Virus record (IMG/VR): IMGVR_UViG_3300033163_000075 | DNA from: an uncultured virus (IMG/VR IMGVR_UViG_3300033163_000075) | Taxonomy: Duplodnaviria; Heunggongvirae; Uroviricota; Caudoviricetes | DNA length: 64,000 nt | Direction: 5' to 3' (one strand) | In this document: piece after piece, positions 37,425 through 46,652 of the stretch | Layout of the letters: every line of letters starts with the position of its first letter | Numbering within the stretch: the first letter of the stretch is position 1 | Notes under the pieces: model-generated | The model's database searches: none | Told to the model about the DNA's origin: nothing | Seen by the model: only the letters and a program-made list of their open reading frames with translations | Made by a program: the position numbers and the translations under genes

Positions 37425-39697
37425 TGTTTACTTTGTATAGCGCTGATTTTATCGGCAACCCCGGAAACTGCTCCTATCCGCATAAGACCGTTGTTATGGA
37501 TGCGGACAGTATAAGAGCTGCAGTCGGTCACGACTATGTTTGCGCGGAGTACAAAAATCACTACCGCAACAGCGACAATTTCCTCTCCGCTGACTGTCTT
37601 CCCGTGGACTGTGATAACGACCATTCAGAAGATCCGAAAGACTGGATCACACCGGCAGACGTGCTGGAGGCATTTCCGGGAGTAAGCCTCGCCATCCATT
37701 ACAGCCGCTTTAATCAGCGCGAGAAAAACGGCAAACCGGCAAGGCCAAAGTTCCATGTGCTCTTTCCCATCGACCGAGTGACGGATGCCGCCCTCTATAG
37801 CGATATGAAGAAGCTGGTCAATTCCATATTTCCGTATTTTGATACGAAGGCTCTGGATGCTGCTCGCTTCTTCTTCGGAACACAGGAGCCGAATGTAGAG
37901 CTCTATCCCGGTCGCATGAACCTCACGGATTTTTTGAATGACGACGAGTTCGATGCAGACCTGCCCGGCGGGCATGAAAAAGATGTCGTGATCCCTGAAG
38001 GAAGCCGTAACGCTACCATGTCCCGCTTTGCCGGTATTGTCATTAAGAAATACGGCGATACGGAAAAAGCCTACCAAAGTTTTCTGGAAAAGGCCGCGAT
38101 CTGCGTGCCGCCTCTGGATAACAGCGAGCTTAATACAATCTGGCACAGTGCCCAGCGCTTTTATTCCAAGATCAGCCGCGAGGATGGTTATGTCCCTCCG
38201 GAAGTTTATAACGACGAGAACAGCTATAAGCCGGAGGACTTTTCTGATGTAGGACAGGCCGAGGTGCTCTCAAAGTATTTTGCAAACGAGCTGCGCTATT
38301 CACCGGCCACCCACTTTATCCGATACAGTGACCACTACTGGCAGGAAACAGAGCCCGGCGCTCAGGCCGTCGCTCATGAACTCACCCGCAGGCAGCTCGC
38401 AGAAGCCAATCGAAATATGATGGAGGCTCTGCAAAAGCTCAAAAACTGTGGTGCACAGGAAATACTTGATAACACATCCAAGGCCAAAGCTGAACAGCTG
38501 ATGAGCGACGAGCAGATGGAGGCCTATCAGGAGTTCCTTGCCGCCAAGGCCTACCAGAGCTTTGCCGTTCGCAGACGCGACTCCAAGAACATTACATCTA
38601 CCCTCAAAGAGACACACCCGATGCTGGAAATCTCGCCGAGAGACTTGGACGCAGACTGCTTCCTGCTCTGCACACCGGAAGCGACCTACGACCTTCGCAA
38701 AGGTATGGCCGGTGCCCGCGAACATTCTGCAGATGACTTTATTACGAAAATCACGTCCGTGTCACCCGGCAGTAAAGGAGCGCAGCTCTGGCAGGATAAT
38801 CTGGATCTGATTTTTCAGAAGGATCAGCAGCTTATCGACTATGTACAGATGATCTGCGGCCTTGCTGCTATCGGGAAAGTTTTTGTGGAGGCGCTCATCA
38901 TCGCATACGGCGATGGACGCAACGGCAAATCCACCTTCTGGAATGCCATCTCCCGCGTGCTGGGACTCTACAGCGGAAATATATCCGCAGATACCTTGAC
39001 CGTCGGCTGCCGCAGAAACATCAAGCCGGAAATGGCTGAGGTCAAAGGCAAACGCCTTCTGATCGCTGCGGAAATGCAGGAAGGCGCAAGGCTCAACGAC
39101 TCTACCGTCAAGCAGCTCTGCTCCACGGATGATGTGTTCGCGGAGAAAAAGTATAAAGATCCGTTTTCCTTCAAGCCCTGCCACACGCTGGTGCTCTATA
39201 CGAACCACCTGCCTCGCGTCTCCGCCTCCGATGACGGTATCTGGCGCAGGCTTATCGTGATTCCGTTCAATGCCAAGATCGAGGGCAAGGCCGACATCAA
39301 AAATTACGGTGAGTACCTATATGAAAATGCCGGTGAAAGCATTCTGGCATGGATCATCGAAGGAGCCAAAAAGGTCATCGCGCTGGACTACCAGATTCCG
39401 GTACCGGACTGCGTGACAAAGGCCATCGATGAATATCGCAGCCAGAACGACTGGTTCGGACATTTTCTGGACGAGAAGTGCGATGTGGATGAGTCCTTTA
39501 AGGAAAGCTCCTCGGCTCTCTATCAGGCATACCGCAACTACTCGCTGGACTGCAATGAGTATGTGCGCAGCACGGCAGATTTTTACTTTGCGCTGGAGAA
39601 AGCCGGATTCGAGCGGCTGACACTGAATCGGAAGCGCTATTTCAAGGGCTTAAAGATTCATGAGGATAGCGGTGCAGAGGAAGATTTTCTGCAGTAA
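37424..39697 (+). CDS. P4/D5-family primase-helicase
   Basis: DCD, KFHV, PriCT-like RNATM, Walker A GDGRNGKST. Confidence 0.9.
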   Translation: MFTLYSADFIGNPGNCSYPHKTVVMDADSIRAAVGHDYVCAEYKNHYRNSDNFLSADCLPVDCDNDHSEDPKDWITPADVLEAFPGVSLAIHYSRFNQREKNGKPARPKFHVLFPIDRVTDAALYSDMKKLVNSIFPYFDTKALDAARFFFGTQEPNVELYPGRMNLTDFLNDDEFDADLPGGHEKDVVIPEGSRNATMSRFAGIVIKKYGDTEKAYQSFLEKAAICVPPLDNSELNTIWHSAQRFYSKISREDGYVPPEVYNDENSYKPEDFSDVGQAEVLSKYFANELRYSPATHFIRYSDHYWQETEPGAQAVAHELTRRQLAEANRNMMEALQKLKNCGAQEILDNTSKAKAEQLMSDEQMEAYQEFLAAKAYQSFAVRRRDSKNITSTLKETHPMLEISPRDLDADCFLLCTPEATYDLRKGMAGAREHSADDFITKITSVSPGSKGAQLWQDNLDLIFQKDQQLIDYVQMICGLAAIGKVFVEALIIAYGDGRNGKSTFWNAISRVLGLYSGNISADTLTVGCRRNIKPEMAEVKGKRLLIAAEMQEGARLNDSTVKQLCSTDDVFAEKKYKDPFSFKPCHTLVLYTNHLPRVSASDDGIWRRLIVIPFNAKIEGKADIKNYGEYLYENAGESILAWIIEGAKKVIALDYQIPVPDCVTKAIDEYRSQNDWFGHFLDEKCDVDESFKESSSALYQAYRNYSLDCNEYVRSTADFYFALEKAGFERLTLNRKRYFKGLKIHEDSGAEEDFLQ

Positions 39698-39710
39698 TCC
39701 GGGACTATGA

Positions 39711-39801
39711 CAAGGTGTATCAAGGTCTTATATAAAAACTCTCTTAGGCCTAAAAAAATAGCTCTAAGAAAAAGTTTGGTAAATACCATTGATACACCTT
39801 G
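39711..39801. other. AT-rich palindrome after the primase gene; candidate replication origin
   Basis: Perfect 13-bp inverted repeat CAAGGTGTATCAA/TTGATACACCTTG enclosing an imperfect AT-rich inner inverted repeat. Confidence 0.5.
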
Positions 39802-39838
39802 CACATCCCCTGAAATTAACGCCTGACGGAGGTTTGCA

Positions 39839-40120
39839 ATGATAGAAAAACAGATAGAAAACAAGTTAACTATGGCGGTGAAAAAGAACGGCGGCATTGC
39901 ACTTAAGCTGGTGTGTCCCTCTTTCGCAGGAATGCCCGACCGCCTGATCTTACTCCCTGACGGCCATATCGGTTTCGCAGAGCTGAAGGCACCCGGCAAA
40001 AAGCCACGCCCTCTCCAGCTCTCGCGCCACAGGCTGCTGCGGGAGCTGGGCTACCGGGTATACGTCATTGACGATCCGGAGCAGATTGGAGGGATGATCA
40101 ATGAACTTCAATCCACATAA
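39839..40120 (+). CDS. VRR-NUC nuclease
   Basis: EKQIE..GMPDR..FAELK...Q. Confidence 0.9.
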   Translation: MIEKQIENKLTMAVKKNGGIALKLVCPSFAGMPDRLILLPDGHIGFAELKAPGKKPRPLQLSRHRLLRELGYRVYVIDDPEQIGGMINELQST

Positions 40121-41453
40121 TTATCAGGACTATGCCATCCGCTATATTGAAAAGCACCCTGTGGCCGCAGTCCTTTTAGATATGGGACTTGGCAAGACGA
40201 TCATCAGCCTGACGGCAGTAAATGACCTGTTATTTGACAGCTTTGAAGTCCGCCGCGTGCTGGTGGTAGCCCCCTTAAGAGTTGCCCGCGATACATGGCC
40301 AGCAGAAATCCAGAAATGGGAGCACCTAAGAGGTCTTACCTATGCGGTCGCAGTCGGTACACCGAAGGAGCGAAAAGCCGCCCTCATGCAGCAAGCGGAT
40401 ATCACGATCATCAACCGTGAGAACCTGCAATGGCTCATTGACGAGTCCGGCTTTCCCTTTGACTTCGATATGGTGATTATCGATGAGTTGTCGTCCTTCA
40501 AAAATCATAAATCCAAGCGCTTCAAGTCGCTGATGAAGGTACGGCCACGGATTCACCGGATTATCGGCCTGACCGGCACTCCTTCCTCCAACGGTCTCAT
40601 GGATCTGTGGGCAGAGTTTAAAGTGCTGGATATGGGCGAGCGCCTCGGACGCTTTATCACGCAGTACCGGACAAATTACTTCATGCCGGACAAGAGAAAC
40701 GGCGAGATCATCTACTCCTACAAGCCGCTGCCCTATGCGGAAGATGCCATCTATCGGAGGATCTCGGATATCACGATTTCCATGAAATCTACCGACCATC
40801 TGAAGATGCCGGAGCTGGTTTCAACAGAATATGAAGTGCAGCTCTCCGATTCCGAGCGCAGCCGTTATGATGATTTGAAACAGGAGCTCATATTGCAGCT
40901 CCCTGATGGTGAGGTGACTGCTGCCAATGCCGCGTCACTTACGGGCAAGCTCTCCCAGCTTGCGAACGGTGCCATATATGCCGATACCGGTGAGGTCATC
41001 GAGTTCCACGATAGGAAGCTGGACGCTTTGGAGGATATTATCGAGGCCGCCAATGAAAAACCGCTCCTTGTGGCCTACTGGTTCCGGCATGACCTTAGCC
41101 GCATCAAGAACCGCTTCAATGTCCGGGAGATCAAGACCAGCCGCGATATTGCTGACTGGAATGCGGGAAAGATTCCTGTAGCAGTCATCCATCCGGCCTC
41201 TGCCGGTCACGGTTTGAACCTTCAGGCCGGAGGCTCCACCCTTGTGTGGTTCGGCCTTACATGGTCTCTGGAATTATATCAGCAGACCAACGCCCGTCTC
41301 TGGCGGCAAGGTCAAGAATCCGGCACTGTCGTGATCCAACACATTATTACCAAGGGCACCATCGACGAAAGGATCGTAAAGGCGCTATCCAAGAAAGAAA
41401 TGACGCAGACCGCACTGATTGATGCAGTCAAGGCAGACCTTGAGGTGGTTTGA
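40101..41453 (+). CDS. SNF2-family helicase
   Basis: DMGLGKT, DELS, LTGTP, GHGLNLQ, Q..ARLWRQGQ. Confidence 0.9.
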   Translation: MNFNPHNYQDYAIRYIEKHPVAAVLLDMGLGKTIISLTAVNDLLFDSFEVRRVLVVAPLRVARDTWPAEIQKWEHLRGLTYAVAVGTPKERKAALMQQADITIINRENLQWLIDESGFPFDFDMVIIDELSSFKNHKSKRFKSLMKVRPRIHRIIGLTGTPSSNGLMDLWAEFKVLDMGERLGRFITQYRTNYFMPDKRNGEIIYSYKPLPYAEDAIYRRISDITISMKSTDHLKMPELVSTEYEVQLSDSERSRYDDLKQELILQLPDGEVTAANAASLTGKLSQLANGAIYADTGEVIEFHDRKLDALEDIIEAANEKPLLVAYWFRHDLSRIKNRFNVREIKTSRDIADWNAGKIPVAVIHPASAGHGLNLQAGGSTLVWFGLTWSLELYQQTNARLWRQGQESGTVVIQHIITKGTIDERIVKALSKKEMTQTALIDAVKADLEVV

Positions 41454-41677
41454 TGATCACCCCTTATGAAAACCTCGCCAATGCCATCGTACTGCAGGCC
41501 GTGAAGGATTACCGGGACGCCCTGAAGCGCCTGAAAAAGAAGCCCGGTAATCAAACTGCCATGTTGGACGCAATGGAATGTGAACGGTTCTTCCGCTCCG
41601 GCTGGTACAAGACCTTAACAAGTGTAGACGGCGAGTATCTCATACAAAAACTACGAGAGGAGGCGAAGCCCTTATGA
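41450..41677 (+). CDS. Hypothetical phage protein
   Basis: LANAIVLQAVKDYR motif; overlapping start/stop codons. Confidence 0.7.
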   Translation: MMITPYENLANAIVLQAVKDYRDALKRLKKKPGNQTAMLDAMECERFFRSGWYKTLTSVDGEYLIQKLREEAKPL

Positions 41678-42102
41678 CAGTAAAAGAATATCTCCATCAG
41701 GCCTACCGCCTTGATCAGAGAATCAAGTCCGACACGATAGAAGCACAAAACCTGCGTGAGATGGCAGGCAGCGTGTCGGCTATCCAATATGATAAAGACC
41801 GCGTGCAAACATCACGAAATACGGAAGCTCCCTTTGTCCGGACGCTTGAGAAACTGTGGACACTGGAAAAGAAAATCGCCGGTGAGCTGGAAATGCTATC
41901 AGACCTCAAGAAACAGATACGGGAGGTCATTGAGGCAGTTCCTGATACCGACGAGCGCATGGTACTCAAGTACCGGTACATCCATAACTATACATGGGAG
42001 CAAATCGGGGTGGAGCTCTGTGCAGATGCCCGTACCATTCGCCGCTGGCATGGCAAGGCGCTTCTTCATGTGACGCTTCCGGATGATCCGATTATCATTT
42101 GA
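41674..42102 (+). CDS. Late transcriptional activator (ArpU/RinA-like)
   Basis: C-terminal sigma4-like HTH (LKYRYI..TWEQI..RWHGKAL) just before the packaging module. Confidence 0.75.
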   Translation: MTVKEYLHQAYRLDQRIKSDTIEAQNLREMAGSVSAIQYDKDRVQTSRNTEAPFVRTLEKLWTLEKKIAGELEMLSDLKKQIREVIEAVPDTDERMVLKYRYIHNYTWEQIGVELCADARTIRRWHGKALLHVTLPDDPIII

Positions 42103-42103
42103 A

Positions 42104-42166
42104 ATGCGCCCGAAATGTCCTGCTTTGTCCTAAGATGTCCACCCGTCCTTTATGATAGTATATAAT
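42104..42166 (+). promoter_or_regulatory. Late promoter with 10-bp-phased TGTCC repeats
   Basis: TGTCC ending at 42120, 42130 and 42140, then a TATAAT at 42161-42166. Confidence 0.6.
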
Positions 42167-42264
42167 CAGCAAAACAGAATAAAGAACAGCTGGACACGCA
42201 GCACACGAGCCTTGCGGGAACACCCTGCAGGGCTTTCTTTATGCCCTGAAAGGAGGCACGGCTT

Positions 42265-42612
42265 ATGCCAAGAAAACCACAACGACCGTGCCGCTATCCC
42301 GGATGTCCACACCTTACGGACGGCGTTTATTGTGAAGAGCACGCAAAGATCATGGATCAACACTACGAGAAGTTCCAGCGTGGCTACTCTACCGGCAAAC
42401 GCTACGGCAGAGCATGGAAACGAATCCGTGACCGCTACGTTCACAAGCACCCGCTTTGTGAGCAGTGCTTAAAGGAAGGACGCTACGTCGCGGTCGAGGA
42501 AGTCCACCACATCGTGCCGCTTGCTGACGGAGGATCGAATGACGAGTCCAACCTTATGAGTCTTTGTCGTTCGTGTCACGAGAAGATTCACCGCGAGCGC
42601 GGCGACCGGTAG
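42265..42612 (+). CDS. Packaging-associated HNH endonuclease
   Basis: PLCEQC..VHHIVP..GG..NLMSLCRSCH. Confidence 0.9.
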   Translation: MPRKPQRPCRYPGCPHLTDGVYCEEHAKIMDQHYEKFQRGYSTGKRYGRAWKRIRDRYVHKHPLCEQCLKEGRYVAVEEVHHIVPLADGGSNDESNLMSLCRSCHEKIHRERGDR

Positions 42613-42728
42613 GGCGGTCAAAATCTCTACGACCCTTTTCCCCGGAAAACGGCGCGGGGTCTTTTACGCAAAAATTGCAATTCAAACAGGGTATTAAACC
42701 CTGCACCACAGAAATGGAAGTGATCGAC

Positions 42729-43310
42729 ATGGCGAAAGACGGAACCTATCGCGGCGGGCGGCGTGTCAAAGCTGGCTCCAAGCCGGACGCCCTCGCCGAC
42801 AAAATTATGAAAGGCGCACCTGCAAAGCGTATGGAGCTGCCGGACTTCACTGACGACATGACCGACTTCGATGTTGACGACATCGGTGACGGCGTGGAGC
42901 TGGAAGGCATGGATATGCCAAGCCCGGATGATTACCTCTCTGCTCTTCAGAAGGACGGTAAGCCCCTCGGTGCAGATGAAATCTATAAGGAAACATGGCT
43001 GTGGCTCAAGGAGCGCGGCTGCGAGAGGCTGGTAAACAAGCGCCTGCTTGAAAGCTACTCTGAGGCCTTTGCCCGGTATATCCAGTGCTCCGAAGCTGTC
43101 AGCAAATACGGCATGCTCGGAAAGCACCCGACCACCGGCGCTGCAATTGCGAGCCCATTCACACAGCTTTTGATGAATTTTCAGAAGCAGGCCAACCTGC
43201 TCTGGTATGAGATTTACGACATTGTGAAGCAAAACTGCACCGAGCCATTTGAAGGTAGTCCGCAGGACAGCGTGATGGAGCAGCTGCTTCGAAGCAGGAG
43301 GAATATGTAA
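42729..43310 (+). CDS. terS: Terminase small subunit (P27-like)
   Basis: MAKDGT.RGG.R..AG.KP start; lies immediately after the HNH gene. Confidence 0.75.
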   Translation: MAKDGTYRGGRRVKAGSKPDALADKIMKGAPAKRMELPDFTDDMTDFDVDDIGDGVELEGMDMPSPDDYLSALQKDGKPLGADEIYKETWLWLKERGCERLVNKRLLESYSEAFARYIQCSEAVSKYGMLGKHPTTGAAIASPFTQLLMNFQKQANLLWYEIYDIVKQNCTEPFEGSPQDSVMEQLLRSRRNM

Positions 43311-44576
43311 ATGAACACACAGAAATTAGAACAGGTACCTATTGATAAACTGGTGCCCTACGCCCGGAATGCCCGGACACATAGCAAGGAGCAGATCGCA
43401 CAGCTCCGGGCTTCTCTCAGGGAGTTCGGCTTTGTGAGTCCTGCTGTCATTGATGCGGACTATAACATCCTCGTCGGCCACGGTCGCATTACGGCTGCCC
43501 GCGAGGAAGGATATGAAACCGTGCCCTGCGTCTTTGCAGAAAACCTGACGGAAGCACAAAAGCGTGCGTATATCCTTGCGGATAATCAGCTGGCGCTCAA
43601 CGCAGGCTGGGATGAGGAAATGCTGTCGGTCGAATTGTCTGATCTGCAGGATCAGTCCTTTGACCTATCTCTCCTCGGCTTTGATGCCGGTGAGCTGGAT
43701 AAACTGCTCGGCACCGGAAGCGAAAAGGACATCGCCGATGATGATTTTGACCTCACCGCTGCCCTTGAGAAAGCTTCCTTCGTAGAGCCCGGCGACATCT
43801 GGACGGTTGGCAAGCATAGAGTCATGTGTGGAGATGCCACCTCTCCGGAAGATGTGGAAAAGCTCATGGACGGCAAGAATGCAAACCTTGTTCTGACCGA
43901 TCCGCCCTACGGCGTATCCTTCAAAGCCTCGGATGGTCTTACGATCAAGAACGACTCTCTCAAGGGCGAGGAATTTTACAAGTTCCTGCTGGCAGCGTTT
44001 AAGAACATGGCTGACCACCTCGAAAAAGGCGGAGCCGCTTACTGCTTCCACGCGGATACTGAAGGGCTCACTTTCCGAAAGGCATTCATTGACGCAGGTT
44101 TCCATCTCGCCGGTGTGTGTATCTGGGTAAAGAACAGCCTCGTGCTCGGTCGATCCGATTATCAATGGCAGCATGAACCTGTGCTCTATGGTTTTTTGCA
44201 AAACGGCAAGCACCCGTGGTATTCCGACCGCAAGCAGACCACCATCTGGAACTACGATAAACCAAAGCGCAATAAGGATCACCCGACCAGCAAGCCGCTG
44301 GATCTTCTGGGCTATCCCATCCAGAACTCCTCTCAGGAAAATTCTGTAGTTATTGATACCTTCGGCGGCTCCGGTTCCACACTGATGGCCTGCGAGCAGC
44401 TGAACCGCGTCTGTTACATGATGGAGCTCGATCCGAAATACGCCTCTGTCATCCTTCGCCGTTACGTGGAGGATACCGGCGATGAGGAAAATGTGTATGT
44501 AATAAGGAACGGCGAAAAGCTCCTCTATTCCGCTCTGGCAAAGGAAGTCGAGACTTCTCCGACGGCGGGTGTATAA
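43311..44576 (+). CDS. ParB-N + N4/N6 DNA methyltransferase
   Basis: PYARNARTH, GHGR, TDPPY, HPTSKP, DTFGGSGST. Confidence 0.9.
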   Translation: MNTQKLEQVPIDKLVPYARNARTHSKEQIAQLRASLREFGFVSPAVIDADYNILVGHGRITAAREEGYETVPCVFAENLTEAQKRAYILADNQLALNAGWDEEMLSVELSDLQDQSFDLSLLGFDAGELDKLLGTGSEKDIADDDFDLTAALEKASFVEPGDIWTVGKHRVMCGDATSPEDVEKLMDGKNANLVLTDPPYGVSFKASDGLTIKNDSLKGEEFYKFLLAAFKNMADHLEKGGAAYCFHADTEGLTFRKAFIDAGFHLAGVCIWVKNSLVLGRSDYQWQHEPVLYGFLQNGKHPWYSDRKQTTIWNYDKPKRNKDHPTSKPLDLLGYPIQNSSQENSVVIDTFGGSGSTLMACEQLNRVCYMMELDPKYASVILRRYVEDTGDEENVYVIRNGEKLLYSALAKEVETSPTAGV

Positions 44577-44634
44577 TACACAATTTCTGCCCGGATTCTT
44601 CGGCAATTTTCTACCTCAGAAAATGTCGGAAATC

Positions 44635-44681
44635 GCTTGATAAATAAGGCTTTCAGAGTGATGTATATACATGCCAAAAGG
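44635..44681 (+). promoter_or_regulatory. Repeated moron promoter-like motif, copy 1 (copy 2 at 45844-45890)
   Basis: GCTTGnTA...TTCAGAGTGATRTATRTACATRCCAAAAGG, each with TACACAATTT further upstream. Confidence 0.65.
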
Positions 44682-44722
44682 CACAGCCTAAAACCTTAAT
44701 TTCACAAAGGAGGAACACACTC

Positions 44723-45391
44723 ATGAAAGCAAATTACAACGTAACCGGAAACGACAGAAAAGCATTGGTCGCAGCCATCGAAAACCTCACCGGCGACAAG
44801 GCGATCTACATGCGTATGCCGACCTGCGCTTACGAGATCGGCGACGTCACGGTCGACAAGGAAGGCAGCGTAACCTGCGAGGACGCAGACAAGCTGGAGC
44901 GCATCATCCACAGCCTGATCGCGGATGGCTTCACACCGGAGGATACCGAAGAGATCGAAAGCGACGATGAAGCCACTGGCCTTACAGTCAGCCTCCCACT
45001 CGACAAGGTGGCGGTCGGAAACCTCACCAACCTCCTCACAGCCAAGGAAAGCCTCATCAAGAAGGCACTCGGCATTGACGACCTTGGCATCGAGGTCACA
45101 GAGGATACGGTCAGCTTTCCTTGGTTTACTGAGATGCCGGAGCCGGACGTGGTCAAGGCCTACACCCACTTCATTGCATCCCTTGGCAAGATGAGCCGGG
45201 ATTTGAAGCGCATCAGTGCCACTGAAAAGGAAGTTGACAACGAGAAGTACGCATTCCGCTGCTTTCTCCTGCGGCTTGGCTTCATCGGAAACGAATATAA
45301 GGCAGAGCGCAAGATTCTCCTTAAGAATCTCTCCGGCAACTCCAGCTGGAAGAACGGCGCACCGGAAAAGGAGGTGGCAGCATGCGAATGA
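44723..45391 (+). CDS. Phage moron ('virulence-related' family) hypothetical protein
   Basis: NEKYAFRCFLLRLGFIG.EYK..RKILL.NL.G motif; AGGAGG RBS. Confidence 0.7.
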   Translation: MKANYNVTGNDRKALVAAIENLTGDKAIYMRMPTCAYEIGDVTVDKEGSVTCEDADKLERIIHSLIADGFTPEDTEEIESDDEATGLTVSLPLDKVAVGNLTNLLTAKESLIKKALGIDDLGIEVTEDTVSFPWFTEMPEPDVVKAYTHFIASLGKMSRDLKRISATEKEVDNEKYAFRCFLLRLGFIGNEYKAERKILLKNLSGNSSWKNGAPEKEVAACE

Positions 45392-45606
45392 TCACAAAAG
45401 AGCAGCTTGAAGCGCTCCGCTCCCACTACCCGGCAGGCACCCGCGTGGAACTTCTCCAGATGGACGATGTGCAGGCTCCGCCTATCGGCACCAAGGGAAC
45501 CGTTACGGGAGTCGACGATACCGGCAGCCTCATGGTGAACTGGGACAACGGCTCCGGCCTGAATGTCATCTACGGCATCGACCGTGTGCGGAAGGTGGTG
45601 GACTGA
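45382..45606 (+). CDS. DUF4314-like protein
   Basis: YPAGTRVEL..MDD..APP.GT.GTV..VDD.G..WDNGS.L. Confidence 0.75.
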   Translation: MRMITKEQLEALRSHYPAGTRVELLQMDDVQAPPIGTKGTVTGVDDTGSLMVNWDNGSGLNVIYGIDRVRKVVD

Positions 45607-45607
45607 T

Positions 45608-45784
45608 ATGGATGAAAAGGTAAAGGAGCAGATCCTCGCCATACGGGATACCGGCCTTACAAATATGTTCGATGTAAACACAGTGCAGCGGCTGGCCTAT
45701 GAGAGAGACTTCTACGAACTGGTTTTATACCTTGAGGATCACCGGAAAGAATACGTGAATTTCATTCTGACCGGCGAGGCATAA
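45608..45784 (+). CDS. DUF5049-like protein
   Basis: QILAIRDTGLTNMFD. Confidence 0.7.
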   Translation: MDEKVKEQILAIRDTGLTNMFDVNTVQRLAYERDFYELVLYLEDHRKEYVNFILTGEA

Positions 45785-45843
45785 ACTACACAATTTGGGC
45801 CTCAAAACTTCCCGCAGGATTGTCACATATATTTCGATAAATA

Positions 45844-45890
45844 GCTTGCTATTACAGGCGTTCAGAGTGATATATGTACATACCAAAAGG
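45844..45890 (+). promoter_or_regulatory. Repeated moron promoter-like motif, copy 2
   Basis: See 44635-44681. Confidence 0.65.
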
Positions 45891-45916
45891 GAAAACAACC
45901 ACAAGGAGGAACCACC

Positions 45917-46282
45917 ATGAAGTACACAATCGAAGCCATAGAAAACGCGAAGCCCGGAATGCGCTGGGAAGAGATCGGATGCCAGCGGACACTGGGACAG
46001 GCCTACCTTTACAGTAAGGAAGCCGGAAACGACCTGCCGAACTTCGCCGAAGTCATCTGGGATTACGACATCGAAGCGATCCTTGCAGATTGCCAGAGGC
46101 TCGGAGTAAAGGAATTCACCATCAGCTCCACATTCTCAAGCCTTATCGAGACCATTGCAAAGTTTGAGGAGCTCGGCTGCACACTGGACGGAATTGTAAA
46201 GGTCAAGGAGCGCTACACCCACTTCGGAAGCGACGAACACGCCCTCATCCCGGCCTTCAAGATGACGGTAAAGGAGGCGTAA
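45917..46282 (+). CDS. Hypothetical moron protein
   Basis: AGGAGG RBS behind the repeated promoter motif. Confidence 0.7.
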   Translation: MKYTIEAIENAKPGMRWEEIGCQRTLGQAYLYSKEAGNDLPNFAEVIWDYDIEAILADCQRLGVKEFTISSTFSSLIETIAKFEELGCTLDGIVKVKERYTHFGSDEHALIPAFKMTVKEA

Positions 46283-46286
46283 GGAA

Positions 46287-46535
46287 ATGTGGAGCGAAGG
46301 AGTTATTGGCATCCCGGATGCCAAGGACAAGGAAAAATACACCAAGTGTCACTACTGGGTAAAGCACTACGATGAGCCAAGCGAGACCTACGGCATCAAC
46401 GGCGGCAGGATCAGCAAGCTCATGATCAAGATTGACGGCGAGACCGTTTGCAACTACGACAGAGGCTGGGACATTCATCCCACCTGTAAGGAAGCAGAGA
46501 TGGCGCTTTGCATCCTGCTGGAGAACCACAACTAA
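46287..46535 (+). CDS. Hypothetical moron protein
   Basis: YGINGGRISKL..NYDRGWD motif; RBS present. Confidence 0.7.
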   Translation: MWSEGVIGIPDAKDKEKYTKCHYWVKHYDEPSETYGINGGRISKLMIKIDGETVCNYDRGWDIHPTCKEAEMALCILLENHN

Positions 46536-46652
46536 GCATTAAAACCCTGAATATGAATATTCCGGGAGACTGAGCCAGAAGGCTCTTTCTCTCGTACTGA
46601 TACCGGATCGCTATGGCGGTCTTTTATTTTGCCCTGAAAGGAGGCGGCCATC

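Noticed and set aside
42612..42700. Exact cos site between HNH and terS
   Set aside because: Position is plausible but the cut sequence cannot be defined from sequence alone
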